Shown: positions 16,259 to 34,645 of the stretch, piece after piece
Numbering within the stretch: position 1 is the stretch's first letter
Layout: each line of letters starts with the position of its first letter
Assembly: GCF_006345805.1 (NCBI RefSeq)
Contig: NC_043004.1
Coordinates: forward strand, 91,946,001-92,010,000
Direction: 5' to 3'
Length of the DNA: 64,000 nt
DNA from: Octopus sinensis
Taxonomy: Eukaryota
Notes under the pieces: generated by a model
What the model was told of the DNA's origin: nothing
The model's input: the letters and a program-made list of their open reading frames with translations, nothing else
The model's database searches: none
Position numbers and translations under genes: made by a program

Positions 16259-17345
16259 TGTTGAAATTTTGCAGTTAATAAATTATATTAACGCTAGTTC
16301 TCCATTTTCTAAATCTTAATTTGAATATTCATAAACCACGATTTATATTTACACCTATTATTTTAGAAATGTTACTATTCACAACAAAATGATAGGTAAC
16401 AAACCAGTAATTCATTGGATTTTTTTCTGTCCCTTAAGGTGGTTAACTATACATCTATGACATATATTTAGATATAAATATAAACTTATGACTAACAATA
16501 CACTATATATATATATATATATATACATATATACGCATACATACATTGTTTAGTAATACATTTATAGTTCCATATATGTTGTATAGTTATGTGTTATATT
16601 CTGTTGTTACAATTTGTATAGTTAGAGATATATTCTTTATGTAATGATTGTCATTGTTCATTGAAAGATGGGTAGCCGGGTAACTATATTGCGTTGAGTA
16701 TGTAATTAAGGTGTACCCGCCTTGTCACCTATTACAGCTAGATGGACTGTACTTCCGCAGTAGTCGCTTCTTACAAGTTTGCGTATTGACTGAATTGTTT
16801 TCATATATTGTGTCTTCGGGCTTCTAAGTTTTCCTTCATTGAATTTCTAGTTCTTGTAGAGTTAAATAGAGAGGTTCTCAGTTTATATTATACCCTGTAT
16901 TCACATTGCGTAATTTCTCGTCATAGAGACTCTAATTCTGTTAAGTGTGTTAAAATCTAGTATTCTAGTGAAAGATACTGGGAACCAACAGAAATGGACG
17001 CGTATAAAATATTTGCAGACAGGCTGACTGTATCCTCTTTATTGCATCTAATGACAACTAGGTGAACTGCAATTTTTCAATGATGCTAACTTATAGCAAA
17101 ACACACTGTGCCTAATAACGTCTGCGTATTATCGAACAGTTCCACTATTTCATCATAACTATATATACATCTTAATCGAGTGTATTGATGACGCTTCATA
17201 ACGACTACTCTGTGTTTCTCCTTCACCAGTACTTATTATATTCCTCTACGAAATGTATTTATTTACTCTTAGCTGGCTTCTAATATCACCATGATATAGA
17301 TATATACATATATACATACATATAGATATACATACATACATATAC

Positions 17346-17434
<89 letters not shown>

Positions 17435-17568
17435 TGGTCGTATACTGCCAACTCAATGTGACAGTCCCGTGAGGGAATTACACCACCGCCATTTAGCTCT
17501 AGGAAACATCGACGTCTCCTGTTGGCTTTGACATTTTGCAAAGGGGAGGCAATATATATATAGATACA

Positions 17569-17619
<51 letters not shown>

Positions 17620-17624
17620 TCAAA

Positions 17625-17825
17625 ATGTGACCTCGTGTGTACCGTTGGCAATTTTTTTCCTTTGTCTTCCCTTCTCTGGATTTTTCCTTCTCCTATGTTT
17701 CCGACGAAGAGCTCCGCTCGAAACGTTAAACCCCCCTTCTTCCTTCCTTCCTGAGCGTCCAATAATACTATATTTGTTCCACGTCCTCGCGTTGTTGTGT
17801 TTTCTCTTGTGTTTTCATGTTTGGA

Positions 17826-17830
<5 letters not shown>
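17625..17830 (+). mobile_element. Family H repeat, copy C
   Basis: HHR motif at 17697-17731 (GUU triplet); 3' end runs into (TA)n. Confidence 0.75.
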
Positions 17831-17900
<70 letters not shown>

Positions 17901-18506
17901 CTGCTTGAACTCTTTTCCTTCAACTTGCACAGATATCTTGTTAGACAGTACTTAAGCAGGAGATTTATTTAGAAGAATCTGAACTGTATGGGGAACATAT
18001 TTACAGCAAAGTCACTATGTATATGCACACGAAATGTAATTACCGCAAAGTGGACTGTACAAAAAGAAGTTAATGACTATTTCCATAACGCATACATACA
18101 CCATAGCTTTGTAAATGATACGTATTTGAAGGTAGTTATATTGGACATTCACATGATATTTTTATATAAACAGATGGACACTTCTTAACCATGGTAACTA
18201 TTTATAGGTAGGTGTATTGGATTCGGAAATATTAAATTTTAAGGCCATGTCTTTGGAAACAACACTGGACCGGTGTCTAGTGACTTTACACACGCACACC
18301 TGTATGTATGTATGTATGTATGTATGTATGTATGTATGTATGTATGTATGTATGTATGTATGTATGTATGCATGTATGTATGTATGTATGTCTTTGTTTG
18401 TATATGTGTGTATGTGTGTATGTATTATGTATGTATGTGTGTATGAATGTGTATGTATGTGTGTATGTATGTATAATATAATATGTGACAATTATTCGGT
18501 TCCTAT

Positions 18507-18567
18507 AATAAGACTCCGCGTTTCGGATGTCGTGGCATAAAACTGCTCCGACATCTCGTCAGTTATC
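18507..18567 (-). ncRNA. Type I hammerhead ribozyme, canonical core
   Basis: GAUAA-CUGACGA-GAUGUCG[16 nt]CGACAUC-C-GAAA-C GCGGA G-UC-UUAUU on the minus strand. Confidence 0.7.
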
Positions 18568-18624
18568 GAGGCAAAATTACATTATATCGAGGTTTCATTT
18601 ATTCTTTTATTGTTTTACCATTAG

Positions 18625-18671
<47 letters not shown>

Positions 18672-18675
<4 letters not shown>

Positions 18676-19200
18676 CAATTAAGGGTAAAATTAATTAGTT
18701 ATTAATCAATTTCACCAAGTAGTGTTCAGTATGTAAAAGGACCATTTAAGGCGAATTCAAAATATTATATTATATAATTAGGGCTTAGTAAAATAAAGTT
18801 CAGTATGTGGCAAAGTAATTTATTTTACTAAGCCCTAATTATATATATATATATATATAATTTCAACAATTGAGGGTAAAATTAATTAATTATTAATCAA
18901 TTTCACCAAGTGTTCAGTATGCAAAGGGACCATTTAAGGCGAATTCAAATTATTACATTATATAAAAGGGCTTAGTAAAATAAATTACTTTGCCGCATAC
19001 TGAACTCATTAGAAATAGCAGCTAAAAAACTTTTTTAAAACTATTTCTAATACTTAAAGAAAACCTCTCTCATAAAGTGTTTGCTCAACTCAACTCACGA
19101 AAGTTTAGTAATTGTTGGCAAATGAAATAAGTATAAAAATGTGCATTGTCCGTTTAATTAAAAAAATCTATATGTGGCTGAAGATTGCTCGACATTTTAA
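18672..19200. mobile_element. Mosaic of direct and inverted terminal-repeat fragments, PLE-like
   Basis: Direct repeat ~18673-18795 / 18862-18985; inverted 39-mer ~18799-18837 / 18967-19005. Same family as 32290-32430. Confidence 0.55.
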
Positions 19201-19365
19201 AACTAATGTAATACTTACAGTGTTTAATAAAATGAAGTAGCATGAAACGATTGTACTACACTAGTTTGGATATCCTTGTTGCTTATTTTGATTATATATA
19301 TACATACACATATACACACATATACATACATACTTTCACACATATACATCTATGTCTGTTTGCAA

Positions 19366-19401
<36 letters not shown>

Positions 19402-20619
19402 ATGATGATGATGAAATATGGTCATGCACTAGCTATACACTAATCACTCACACACAAGCATATATATACTCACACATACACGCACAAATACGCACGCGCA
19501 TATATACACGTACATGTATGCATGCATGACAATAATTTAATCTGTTGCTCTTTTGAACTCTATAAAAACAGACATAGCCATCAATTATTAAACATGCTTT
19601 ATTAAGAAAATTAGAAATTAGTTCGAACACACACGTGCCGACGCGCACTCAAAGAACATACAAACACTCATACAAGGACACCTCATACACACACACACAC
19701 ACACACACACGAACAGACACACATGTAGGTAGGTATAAGTGTATTCCGGGAGAGGCAGGGTTAATGATAGTAGTAGTAGTAGTAGTAGTAGTAGTAGACC
19801 GATAGCATAGTCTGAATGAGGTTATTGTTTTTAAATGTCACCAATAAACGGCAACTCAATGTGTTTGTCTATTTCGTAAGTAAACAAAAGGCTTAGTTCA
19901 TTGGAATTCTTGATTGTCGTCTATGCTTCATTGAAACCTCCCAGTCGAGGCATAACTTCTATCTATCCGGAGATTTGATACATTTATGCACGTGCTAAGT
20001 TTATCAGGGTGCGAACGCTCGTGCAGCAGATAATCGATATTGTTCAGATAGTCTACGTTATTGGACTGTATCTGCGCAGAAGACTCCTGTCAGTCAATGA
20101 CCGATCCAGAATAATTGTGAGTAATGAAATGCCAGAATCCAATAAAAAGCAGTGGTAGTCTGCGATAAGAATTTGTTTTGGTTCCGTTTAAAACATTGTT
20201 CAAGTTCTTATGTTACTGGAAGAAGAAATTGCTGACATTTATAACCAGTCCTTTCAGCGGATCGATTTACGTTTTTTTTTAAGCCTCATATCCGTACGTC
20301 TTTTGCACATCTATGATCAGAGGCAGTCCATCTATGACCACCCTATCTTCTTTTAAACATAGTATGACAAGGACTGGCTTAGCCAATGTTCTCTAGATAC
20401 TCAGCATTATGCAGTCTTCTCTCGACATTGTTCAAAAAGCAATACCCAATATTGTCTAGATATTCTGTTTTTAAGCCGATAATGGTACATTTCACAGGTA
20501 TTTAGTTGATATTTTTGCAGGTTCTTTTGGTCACGTAAAGATTCCGGCTAACTCTATGTAGATATTTCTGAATGATGTAATGCATCACCTTAAGGAAGAA
20601 CAGAACTATCATTAGTAGA

Positions 20620-20809
20620 ACATATCGCAGTAGCTATAGTATAATCAGAAGTAAAAATAGTAGTAGTGGCAGAAACAGTAGCAATATTAGTAGCACTAGT
20701 AGCAGTAACATTAGTAGCTGCTACAACAGCAACATCAACAACAGCAGCAATAGCATCAAAAGTAGAATGAAGAAAAGCAGCAGTAAAAGCAGTAGTGCTA
20801 GCATTGGTG

Positions 20810-20843
<34 letters not shown>

Positions 20844-20850
20844 TAGTGGT
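20620..20850. repeat. Graded triplet repeats (TAG/CAG/CAA, then GTT/GGT/AGT)
   Basis: Direct inspection. Confidence 0.85.
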
Positions 20851-25624
<4,774 letters not shown>

Positions 25625-28600
25625 CGTTGCCTTTGCACAGCTTCTAACGCTAGAGATGTACTACAGTGCCAGCTGTTTCATACCAGTGAAGTAAGGTAAC
25701 ACCTCTTATTTTTCGAGCACCTTCCAGAGTATTCGAGCGTTTCCAAGCAGTGCTGTTTTCTGCAAGTGCTCCACCCTTATTGCAGCCCCTATTTGTTCCA
25801 CGTACTTCTCGAGATTTTTGCTCACTGTTCCCAAATCTCCGGATTGGTACTACTGCTACCTTTTTCCTCAACCACAACTATTTAACTTCCCAAGCTAACC
25901 TGTCATATCTCTCCACTTTTCTTTCTTCCTTATCGCATATCTTGTTGTCAGCTGGGATGCTATATCTATGATCCAGCATAGTTTATTTTCTTTCTCAATT
26001 AAGACTATGCCCGGCTTCCTATTCTCAATCTCATGGTCGCACTGAATCATAAAATCCCAAAGGATCATTGCATTTCTATTTTCGGCGATGCCTTCAGGTT
26101 TGTGGTCGTGCTCTGTCAAGTCCATACTTGTTGCAAAGTGTTCAATGGACAAGCCTAGCTATATTATCGTGGCGTCTCTTATATTCCTTCTGGGCTAGTG
26201 GCGTACATTGGCTGATATTATGCCATACGGTTTCATAGTTTTGGTCACAGATTCTCCACTTATCACTTTCGGCTATGTTATCTATTCTGTATTTTATGTA
26301 GTTTGTTCTTAGTGCTTGCTCATGGGTAGCACAGATTAGAGCCTCTGTTTCCGGTTTTAAATCACTTTTAGTCATCCTCAGCCATCTCTTTTCTCTGTTT
26401 GTCTTATCTTCAACATCCCTATGAAATTGACTATGCACTCTTTTCTTTACCCACCTATTTTCAGTTTCATTCGTTTTCAGTTTCTTGTATAGTGCTTCAT
26501 CTTTGCAATCTTTCATCCTACGAAAGCTTGACCTTCCTACTTCTAATAATAGCGGTTCTGTGGCATTTCTTTTTAAAATATTATGCTATGTTGTTTTCTT
26601 CTGCTCTAATGCTGTGTTCGCATCCAACAAGTTCTTTTCCTCTTCTTTTTCTTGGTACATACAGTCTGTCTGTGTCACTTTTGGGGTGGAGTGACCCCAT
26701 ATCAAGTTAGCAATTTCCTTGTCTTTCTGTCTAAGCTGTTTAGTTCGTATACTGTCCATGCGATTACTCATGATCCATATCTAAAGAGTGAAACCACCCA
26801 GGTGTTGATAGTTTCGATCTTATTCCGTCCGTTTAATTTCGACTTACGGATCAGTCTCAGTCTGCGTAAGTACTCCAGCTTAATTTTTTTCTGTCATTTC
26901 TTTCTCCATCAATTTATCCGTTTCCAAAATCCCAAAGTACTTATAACCCGTCTCTTCTATCTGCTTCATAACCTCTCCGGACGATATCGTTAGCCCAGCC
27001 ATATATTTGATTTTTGCTTCTCTTCAAGACTAACACAGCACACTTTCTCAGTTCGAACTCCATTCTGATATCAGCACTGAATGTATACACCGTATCAACG
27101 AAGGAACTGACTTGGGGATTCATCTTTACCATAAAGTGTTTCAGGTCATCCATGCATAACAAACGATTGACTTGTAGTTGGCGGCTTTTGAATACATAAC
27201 TAGCTGTTGCTTTCCTCAGAATCAGTGTTAGTGGTATCAAGCACAGTACAAAGATCAGTGGGGACTGGCAGTCGCCTTGGAAGTTGCCCCTCCTAATTTC
27301 TACTGTCTCTAAACTTCTTCCGTATGCTGTCAGTTCCGTCTTCCAATTCGCCATAATATTACCAAGCAATCGCTGAACATTCGATGCAATACCAAATGTG
27401 TTCATACACTCCATAATCAATGAATATGGTATCTTATCATACGCCTTACGATAGTCGATCCATGATATGACTAAGTTAGTTTTCCTCCTCTTTTAGTCTC
27501 TGAGTACAGTTTTGTCTATCAGGAGTTGATCCTTGGTACCTCTGCACTTACGCTTGCAACCCTTCTGCTCATGTGGCAGGACTCCATTTTTTTTCAGATG
27601 TTCGTACATTGACTCTGCGAGTATTCCAGTCAATAACTTCCACATAAGTGGCAAACAGGACATCGGCCTGTAATTGTCTACTATATTGTCTTTTTTGATG
27701 TTTTTCAGGCACAGCACTGTCCTATCCAGTGTCAACCATTCTGGTGTTACTTGGCCGGCATTTAACGAGGTGTTGAAATGCGCAGCTATTTGTGCTTGGC
27801 ATTCACGAATTTTTTTGATCCAGTAGCCTTGAACTCCATCTGGTCCGGGGGGGGGGGGGGCTTCTAGTTGCTAATGTTTTTGCTGATTTCCTTTACTTTA
27901 CCTAACTGAAATGACTAGTTCTGCCTGTTTTGACAGATTACTGTTTGTTTCAGTTCTTGCAACCATTTAGCATCCTTCTTGTGCTCCTTGTCTTTGCTCC
28001 AGATGTCACTCCCAAACCTTTCAATGTTATCTGGTATCAACTTTTCATCTGTACACTGTATTTCTTTATAGACTCTCTTCTGATCTACTCTGAATAACCT
28101 ATTCTGGTGGTAACCCTTCATTCTTTGGTCGTATCTTACCATCTTTGCTTTCTTTGCAACGAGGCCCTTCAATACCTCTGCTACTACTTTCAGGCCCTTT
28201 CTTTCAATATTATACTCCCTTTTCAGCTCCCTGTATTTTTGTTCGCTTTAAGCTCCCTTTTCTCTTTTCGGTCTAACTCAGATTTCGTTCGAGAGCATGT
28301 CTAACCCTGCCTGGATTCTTCTTTTCCACCATGGATCTTTTCTTTTGTCACTCCCATTATGTTTCTTTTTCTTGACATCAACACCCACGTGTTCTACTAC
28401 AACAATTCTTGCTGCCTTGATCAAATTATTTGTTTCTATGATATTGTTTGTTCTGATGTATTTCAGAATTTCGTTGGCATTTTCGTTTCTTGGTTCAATT
28501 TCCATCGATTAACCTTTTTAAGGTTGCAAATAATGTCGCTATCGTTCTCTTGTATTCATACATTTATTCTGTCGTAGATTGCCTTTTGTTCATGTAATGT

Positions 28601-29095
28601 CACTATTAGTTTTATTGTCTTCTTTTAGATCATCTATATGTCTCTCATCAAGTAAGCTACCACTGCTCCTTTCCTGTGCTACGAGATTACTCTTATTTGT
28701 AAGAACTGTATTTTCATTCTTAAATCTGCTGATATTTTCCATGACCCGTCTTTTGATAGCTTCGCGTTCTACTTCTGTGAGCCAACATTTTTTTCTTATT
28801 GCTCTAGCTTGATCACATAGTCTCTGTTCCGTGAGTTGAAACAATCCCTTTTCTCTCCGATGATCATACGTATGGAGCCGGACCAGAATCTCTGAGCCTC
28901 ATGGGTGTAACACTGTCACCATCATTGGCTTCAGTTTCATAACCATCGTTATTCACAATATTTTGTTGTTTCATTGTCACTCATATGAGGTAGTATTTAT
29001 CAGGTTGTGCAATTACCAGTGTTTTTATTGTGATACCATCACTAGATGTATCATTAATCAGCCCATAAGGAGGCTCTACCCGTTTCCTTTCATTA
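25625..29095 (-). mobile_element. Near full-length degenerate R4/Dong-clade LINE (family distinct from 7534)
   Basis: [36 protein letters not shown]...EQKGC, FQGDCQSPLIF, LLCMDDLK, RRHDNIA, ILWDFMIQCDHEIENRKPGIV. 3' end abuts the (TAA)n array. Many frameshifts. Confidence 0.88.
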
Positions 29096-29108
29096 TTATT
29101 ATTATTAT

Positions 29109-30940
29109 TCAGTAGTTTTATTTTTATAGCGTGCTTTCACTTCACTACCGAGCACAGCTCTGTGTGCCTTGGGTATGTGCTGTGATTTGTTGTGATGCTC
29201 TGATGGTTATTGTATGGAAAGTGTTCTGCGTAGGATGTGTGCAGTGCCTAGTAGTGCAATTTTCTGTATGTTATATGTTTTTTTGTAAGTCCTGGTTTTT
29301 TTGTTATGTATTTGTCTGAATATTTTTTTATCATGCCTAATGCACCTACTATGATAGCAATTGTTTCTGTTTTCAGATTCCACATTCTAGTTACCTCTAT
29401 TTCCAGGTCTTTGTATTTTGAGAGTTTCTCTCCATTTCTTTAGAGACACGTTGTCATCAGCCTTATGTATTTGTCTGAATATTTTTTATCATGCCTAATG
29501 CACCTACTATGATAGCAATTGTTTCTGTTTCAGATTCCACATTCTAGTTACCTCTATTTCTAGGTCTTGTATTTTGAGAGTTTCTCCATTTCTTTTAGAG
29601 ACACGTTGTCATCAGCCGGTATTGATACATCAATTAGAAAGCATTTTTTTCTTCATGATCTCTGACAACTATATCTGCGTCTGTTGGCCTTAATTTTCTA
29701 TCTGTGTGTATCGGCATATCCCAGAGTATGGTTGCTTTCTCGTTTTCTGGGACCTTTTCTGGTGTGTGCCTATACCATCTTTTTTTCTGTTGTTATTCCA
29801 TAATGTTGGCATAGCTTCCAATGTATGTAGGTCCAACTCTGTCATGTTGTGAATATATCCTTCTTAGCCAAGACTGGGCAGCTAGAGATAATATGATTTT
29901 GTTTCTTGTCCATCTCCACATATCTGCAGTTACTTGTAATATTATTTTCTTACATGTTTTGGTAATTTCTGGTGGGAGGCTTTGGTCTTGTGCTGCAATT
30001 AAAAAATCCCTCTGGTTTCTGCTTGAGTCCTGAGCTTCTTCAACCATTGCTGGGATTTTTCTTTGTCTATTTCTTTTGCGTTTAGTTTAGTCCAGTATTT
30101 ACCATGAAGGGCTTTTCTTGCCATGTTTTATCATGGTTCGTTGCTGTTCTATTTTTAGTTTGGATTTCATTTGTTTTATAGCTTTTGTGTTTCTTCATTC
30201 TTCTTCTTTCTTCATGTTTATTAGGTGGTATGATTTCTTGTTTGTATTGTCAGCTTCTTAAATACTGAGAACAGTTTTTGTTTTGCTCGTGTTTTGCGCT
30301 ATCTGGATCAGTTTTCCTTCCTTCTGAAGTAGATATCTTTGCAGTCCTATGGTGGTTATTTTTATAGTAGTTTTCCAGCTGTATAAGGCCTCTACACCTT
30401 CTATACGTTGTTGTATATATAGTCTTTCTTCTATGTCAGATTGGGTGATGCATCCTAGATTCTGTCATTATTATTTTTCTTGCTTCCTATCTATTTTGGG
30501 ACAGTTCATTTCGTGTCCAGTTAAGGAGATTGTAGCTGTAACTATAACTGGGACAGCTAAAGTGTTGACCTATTATCTTGTTTTAGCATGAGCTCTGTGT
30601 TTAGTATTGATCTAACTCGTCTATAATATTCTTTTTTTTATTTTCTCTTTCATTTGTGCGTGTTGTGTCTTATCTAGTTCATGGATTCCTAAGTATTTGT
30701 AAGTTTGGCTTTGGTCTAATTCTTTATTTCATTGGTTTTATCTAGTGTAATGTTGTTACTCTTAACTAGTTTTCCTCTTTTAAGGGTTACTTTGGCGCAT
30801 TTTTCTAATCCAAATTTCATATCTATTTCTTTGGTAAATCCATGGAACGTCTTTAATAGTGTTTCCAGCTGGTGTCATTTGCAGCGTATAGTGTTAGGTC
30901 ATCCATATATAAAAGGTGGCTGATCGTTTTGCCGTCCGTA
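29109..30940 (-). mobile_element. Second copy of the 7534 R4/Dong family, extending further 5' to the YMDD motif
   Basis: Same 3' UTR (gcacgctataaaaataaaactactga); ISHLLYMDDL near 30900; dense 1-bp indels; 159-bp internal tandem duplication 29304-29617. Confidence 0.88.
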
Positions 30941-32244
30941 CATTTATATCAGCATTCCAGTTCTATTAGCATATCAGATAGAGGTGACAGTTGCCAAGCA
31001 GAAAAGGAGTGCGAGAGAGCGTGTCTCCTGGAATATTATTTTATTATATTATTATATTATTATTATTATTATTATTTATTATATTGATTATGATTCTATA
31101 ATAACTGATATCTCTGATATTATTAATTTTTTGTGTAGTAGCTGCAGTGTTTGCGGTAGTGGTAAGGGTGGTAGTTGGGCTTCAGATTCCTGTGCTATCA
31201 TAATAGTAGTAGTTGTATCATTGTAGTATTTGTAGTATTTAGTATCAGTAGCTGCAGTATATTATTATCATTTTAATTTTTTTCGTTATCACCATCACCA
31301 CCACTACCATTGTTAGAGGAAATAGTTGGGCAGCAGTTTGGTGAAATAGATCATATTCTACAGGTCTATAAATATATTCGGCAGATGATGGGGAGGTCAG
31401 CCATAAAAACAAAAGAATCTTCGCAATCTTTGGGTCAGCAGAAGTCAAATGTGTTTACTACTTCCAGTGGCCGCTGGGAGCGCTGCCTTGAAGAGGGGCA
31501 AATAAACCTGTTCTATTTGTAATTACTGGTAGAAAAAAGCAATAATATATATATATATACACACACACACCACACATATATATATACACACACATATATA
31601 CTGATATTCACGTCATTGAATTTTTGAATTAAATTGTGTTGTTGCAATAAACTTGTGTTTACGTATTTGGGTAATATATTAAAGTTTTTAGGTTTTCTTG
31701 AGATGTTCGTTTGTCTGTCCAGTTGGAGATTACAGTAGGAGTTTAAATGTACACTATTTTATATTGAGAATATGTTGTCTATTGACTATTTATACATGCT
31801 AGGCCACTGGTGGTGATATTTCAAAGAATATTAGCTACCCTATATATGTATCTTACGAATATGATCTTAGCATTCTCGAGGAATCAGCTTGGCATTATCT
31901 ATATACTGTCGACTGAAACTGCGCTTGCGCGCTGAATTTTGAAAAATTATAACATATAGTGATGAGACACGTGTTATTTGTCTCTGAATTATAAGTTAGT
32001 GGTTAAGGCTGCTTATTGATGAGAATTCGCCTAGCAAATTATCTTATTTGCTAAAGAAATTTGAAACCTCGGTATAACCGCAAAAAATAACACGGTAAAA
32101 GTTTTTGTTTTTCATTTCCTTCGATAAATGCTATAAAATGTGCTTTTGGTCGTTTTGACTGTTACTTCTAGCGTGTAAAAATAAAATTATCTGTTTTAAA
32201 GGATAGTTTATCTTGTGTTTAAAACGTACACTACTTATATTGAG

Positions 32245-32275
<31 letters not shown>

Positions 32276-32289
32276 TATATATATATTAT

Positions 32290-32640
32290 ATATAAGGGCT
32301 AAGTAAAATAAATTACTTTGCCACATACTGAACTCATTGAAATAGCAGCTAAAGAAATTTCTTTAGCTATTTCTAATACTTAAAGAAGATCTCTCTCAGA
32401 TAGTGTTTGCTCAAACCAACTCACAAAGGTATGGGGGAAAAAACATTAAAAAATCAAGTGCAAAGGTTATTTGAGAACGTACGTTTCTAGATTAGTCAAA
32501 TCGACATTTCTTTCGTCAGCTCAGAACTCCTTGATTCGGATTTGGGAACACTGAAAGTGGGAGCATACCCTTTTGGCTTCTTATCACCTCTAGAATTGAT
32601 AAACTTACTTGGAAATGGATGCATAGCGCACAATCATATA
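32290..32640 (-). mobile_element. PLE-like 3' terminus with degenerate hammerhead motif
   Basis: Shares sequence with 18965-19100; minus-strand CUGACGA...GAAACGUA at ~32474-32525; flanked by (TA)n. Confidence 0.5.
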
Positions 32641-32644
32641 ATAA

Positions 32645-33052
32645 TAGTGGCTGTGTGGTAAGTAGCTTGTTTACCAACCACATGGTTCCGGGTTCAGTCC
32701 CACTGCGTGGCACCTTGGGCAAATGTCTTCTACTATAGCCTCGGGCCGACCAAAGCCTTGTGGGTGGACTTGGTAGACGGAAACTGAAAGATCCTGTCGT
32801 ATATATGTATATATATATATATATATATGCGTGTTTGTGTTTGTGTGTCTGTGTTTGTCCCCCTAGCATTGCTGACAACCGATGCTCGTGTGTTTATGTC
32901 CCCGTTACTTAGCGGTCGGCGAGCAAAAAAGAGACCGATTAGAATAAGTACTGGGCTTACAAAAGAATAAGTCCCGGGGTCGTGTTGCTCGATTAAAGGC
33001 AGTGCTCCAGCATGGCCGCAGTCAAATGACTGAAACAAGTATAAAAAGGATA
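32645..33052 (+). mobile_element. SINE family C, full length
   Basis: ggctgtgtggtaagtagc...ggttcagtccc head, internal microsatellite, tail ...cagtcaaatgactgaaacaagt. Confidence 0.88.
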
Positions 33053-33404
33053 TTATATATATATATATACATATACATATAAATACCACATCTATAATAT
33101 ATATATGCATATATGTGTACAGGACGTCACAAAACGTAAACAACATGAAATACGAACGAAAACAACGAGAGAAACAAATGGAAAACAAGACAAGTAACAT
33201 AAAGAACGGCCCTTCATCAGTTGTCGGCTTTCCATGTACTCCTCGTTTCGAGTATTTAACGACAATATGAGGCTTCGAAAGGCAGTTGCTTCCGGAACTT
33301 GCAGAGGGTCAAATTTGGTAACAAAAGCAGGACAGTGGAGACATACGACAAACCAAACGAAAACAAACACGGAGGGCCGTTAGGTAGTTAAAACTTCCAG
33401 TTAA

Positions 33405-33630
33405 ACTTTCTTCTTTCTCTTCTTCTTCTTCTTCTTCTTCTTCTTCTTCTTCTTCTTCTTCTTCTTTTCTTCTTCTTTTTCTTTTCTTCCATTCTTCCCC
33501 TCCTTCCCTTTTTCTTTTCTTCTCTCCTTCTTCTTCTTCTCTCCTCCTTCTCCTCCTCCCCCCTCCTCCTCCCTATCCTTCTTCTTCTTCTTCTTCTTCT
33601 TCTTCTTTTTTTTTACTTCTTTTCTTCTTC
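33405..33630. repeat. (CTT)n / pyrimidine-rich tract
   Basis: Direct inspection; explains the poly-K ORF. Confidence 0.95.
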
Positions 33631-33639
33631 TTTGTATTA

Positions 33640-34026
33640 GGAAGGGAAGCACTCCGTCGGTTACGACGACGAGGATTCCGGTTGATCCGATCAACGGAAC
33701 AGCCTGCTCGTGAAATTAACGTGCAAGTGGCTGAGCACTCCACAGACACGTGTACCCTTAACGTAGTTCTCGGGGATATTCAGCGTGACACAGAGAGTGA
33801 CAAGGCCGGCCCTTTGAAATACAGGTGCAACAGAAACAGGAAGTAAGATTGAGAGAAAGTTGTGGTGAAAGAGTACAGCAGGGATCACCACCATCCCTGC
33901 CGGAGCCTCGTGGAGCTTTAGGTGTTTTCGCTCAATAAACACTCACAACGCCCGGTCTGGGAATCGAAACCGCGATCCTACGACCGCGAGTCCGCTGCCC
34001 TAACCATTGGGCCATTGCGCCTCCTC
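33640..34026 (-). mobile_element. SINE family A, full length, 11-bp TSD
   Basis: TSD TCTTTGTATTA at 33629-33639 and 34027-34037; tRNA-like head at the right end. Confidence 0.9.
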
Positions 34027-34261
34027 TCTTTGTATTACAAGGCGAGAGAGAGTGAGAGACAGAGAAAGGAAGAGAAAGAGAACGGAAGTCCCAGTGGCTA
34101 AGCCACAGTGTCTATTTGCACAGCGATCCTGAACAAACGCATATCAAACGTTTGGTGAACTTATTCACAATATATCCATGCACACCACGTGTCAACTTCA
34201 ATTGCTTCACACACACAAACACACAAACACACAAACTCACACAGATACACATATATCGAGA

Positions 34262-34645
34262 ACTAGCAGTATCGCCCGGCGTTGCTCAGGTTTGTAAGGG
34301 AAATAACTATAAAGCATTTTTAGAGAGTTATAGCAAAAAAATAGCAAAAAAATTGAAAAAAATGATGGTAAATTTTTTTTTTAGTTAAAAAAGGTGGAGT
34401 TGCGTCCCCTAGACAGTTTGCGGTTTGTGTTTCTGATTCTCGACCCCATGTCGAATTTATCGATTTTTTTCAGAACTGGGGGAACTTTTCAAAATTTTCG
34501 TTCCGTTAGTTTTGAATTATGACATTGGGCTATGTGTGTGTCAAGTTTCATCAGAATCGGTTGAAAGCCGTGGTCAGGGTGAGGGTACAACCTAACAGAC
34601 ACACAGAAAACGCACAGACAAACTGCCGTTTATATATAGAGAGAT
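34262..34645 (+). mobile_element. Non-autonomous Helitron/Helentron-like element (Lep1/HINE-like architecture)
   Basis: Starts ACTAGCAGTATCGCCCGGCGTTGCTC; ends acagacacacag...tttatatatagagagat. Assignment is from recalled architecture only. Confidence 0.5.

Noticed and set aside
19850-20600. Moderate-complexity region resembling an old LINE (also 16700-17250 and 53330-54050)
   Set aside because: Only vague motif echoes with many stops; no family can be supported without a search.
34540-34560. Minus-strand CTGATGA
   Set aside because: Part of the Helitron-like element; no matching stem II / GAAA / NUH geometry.
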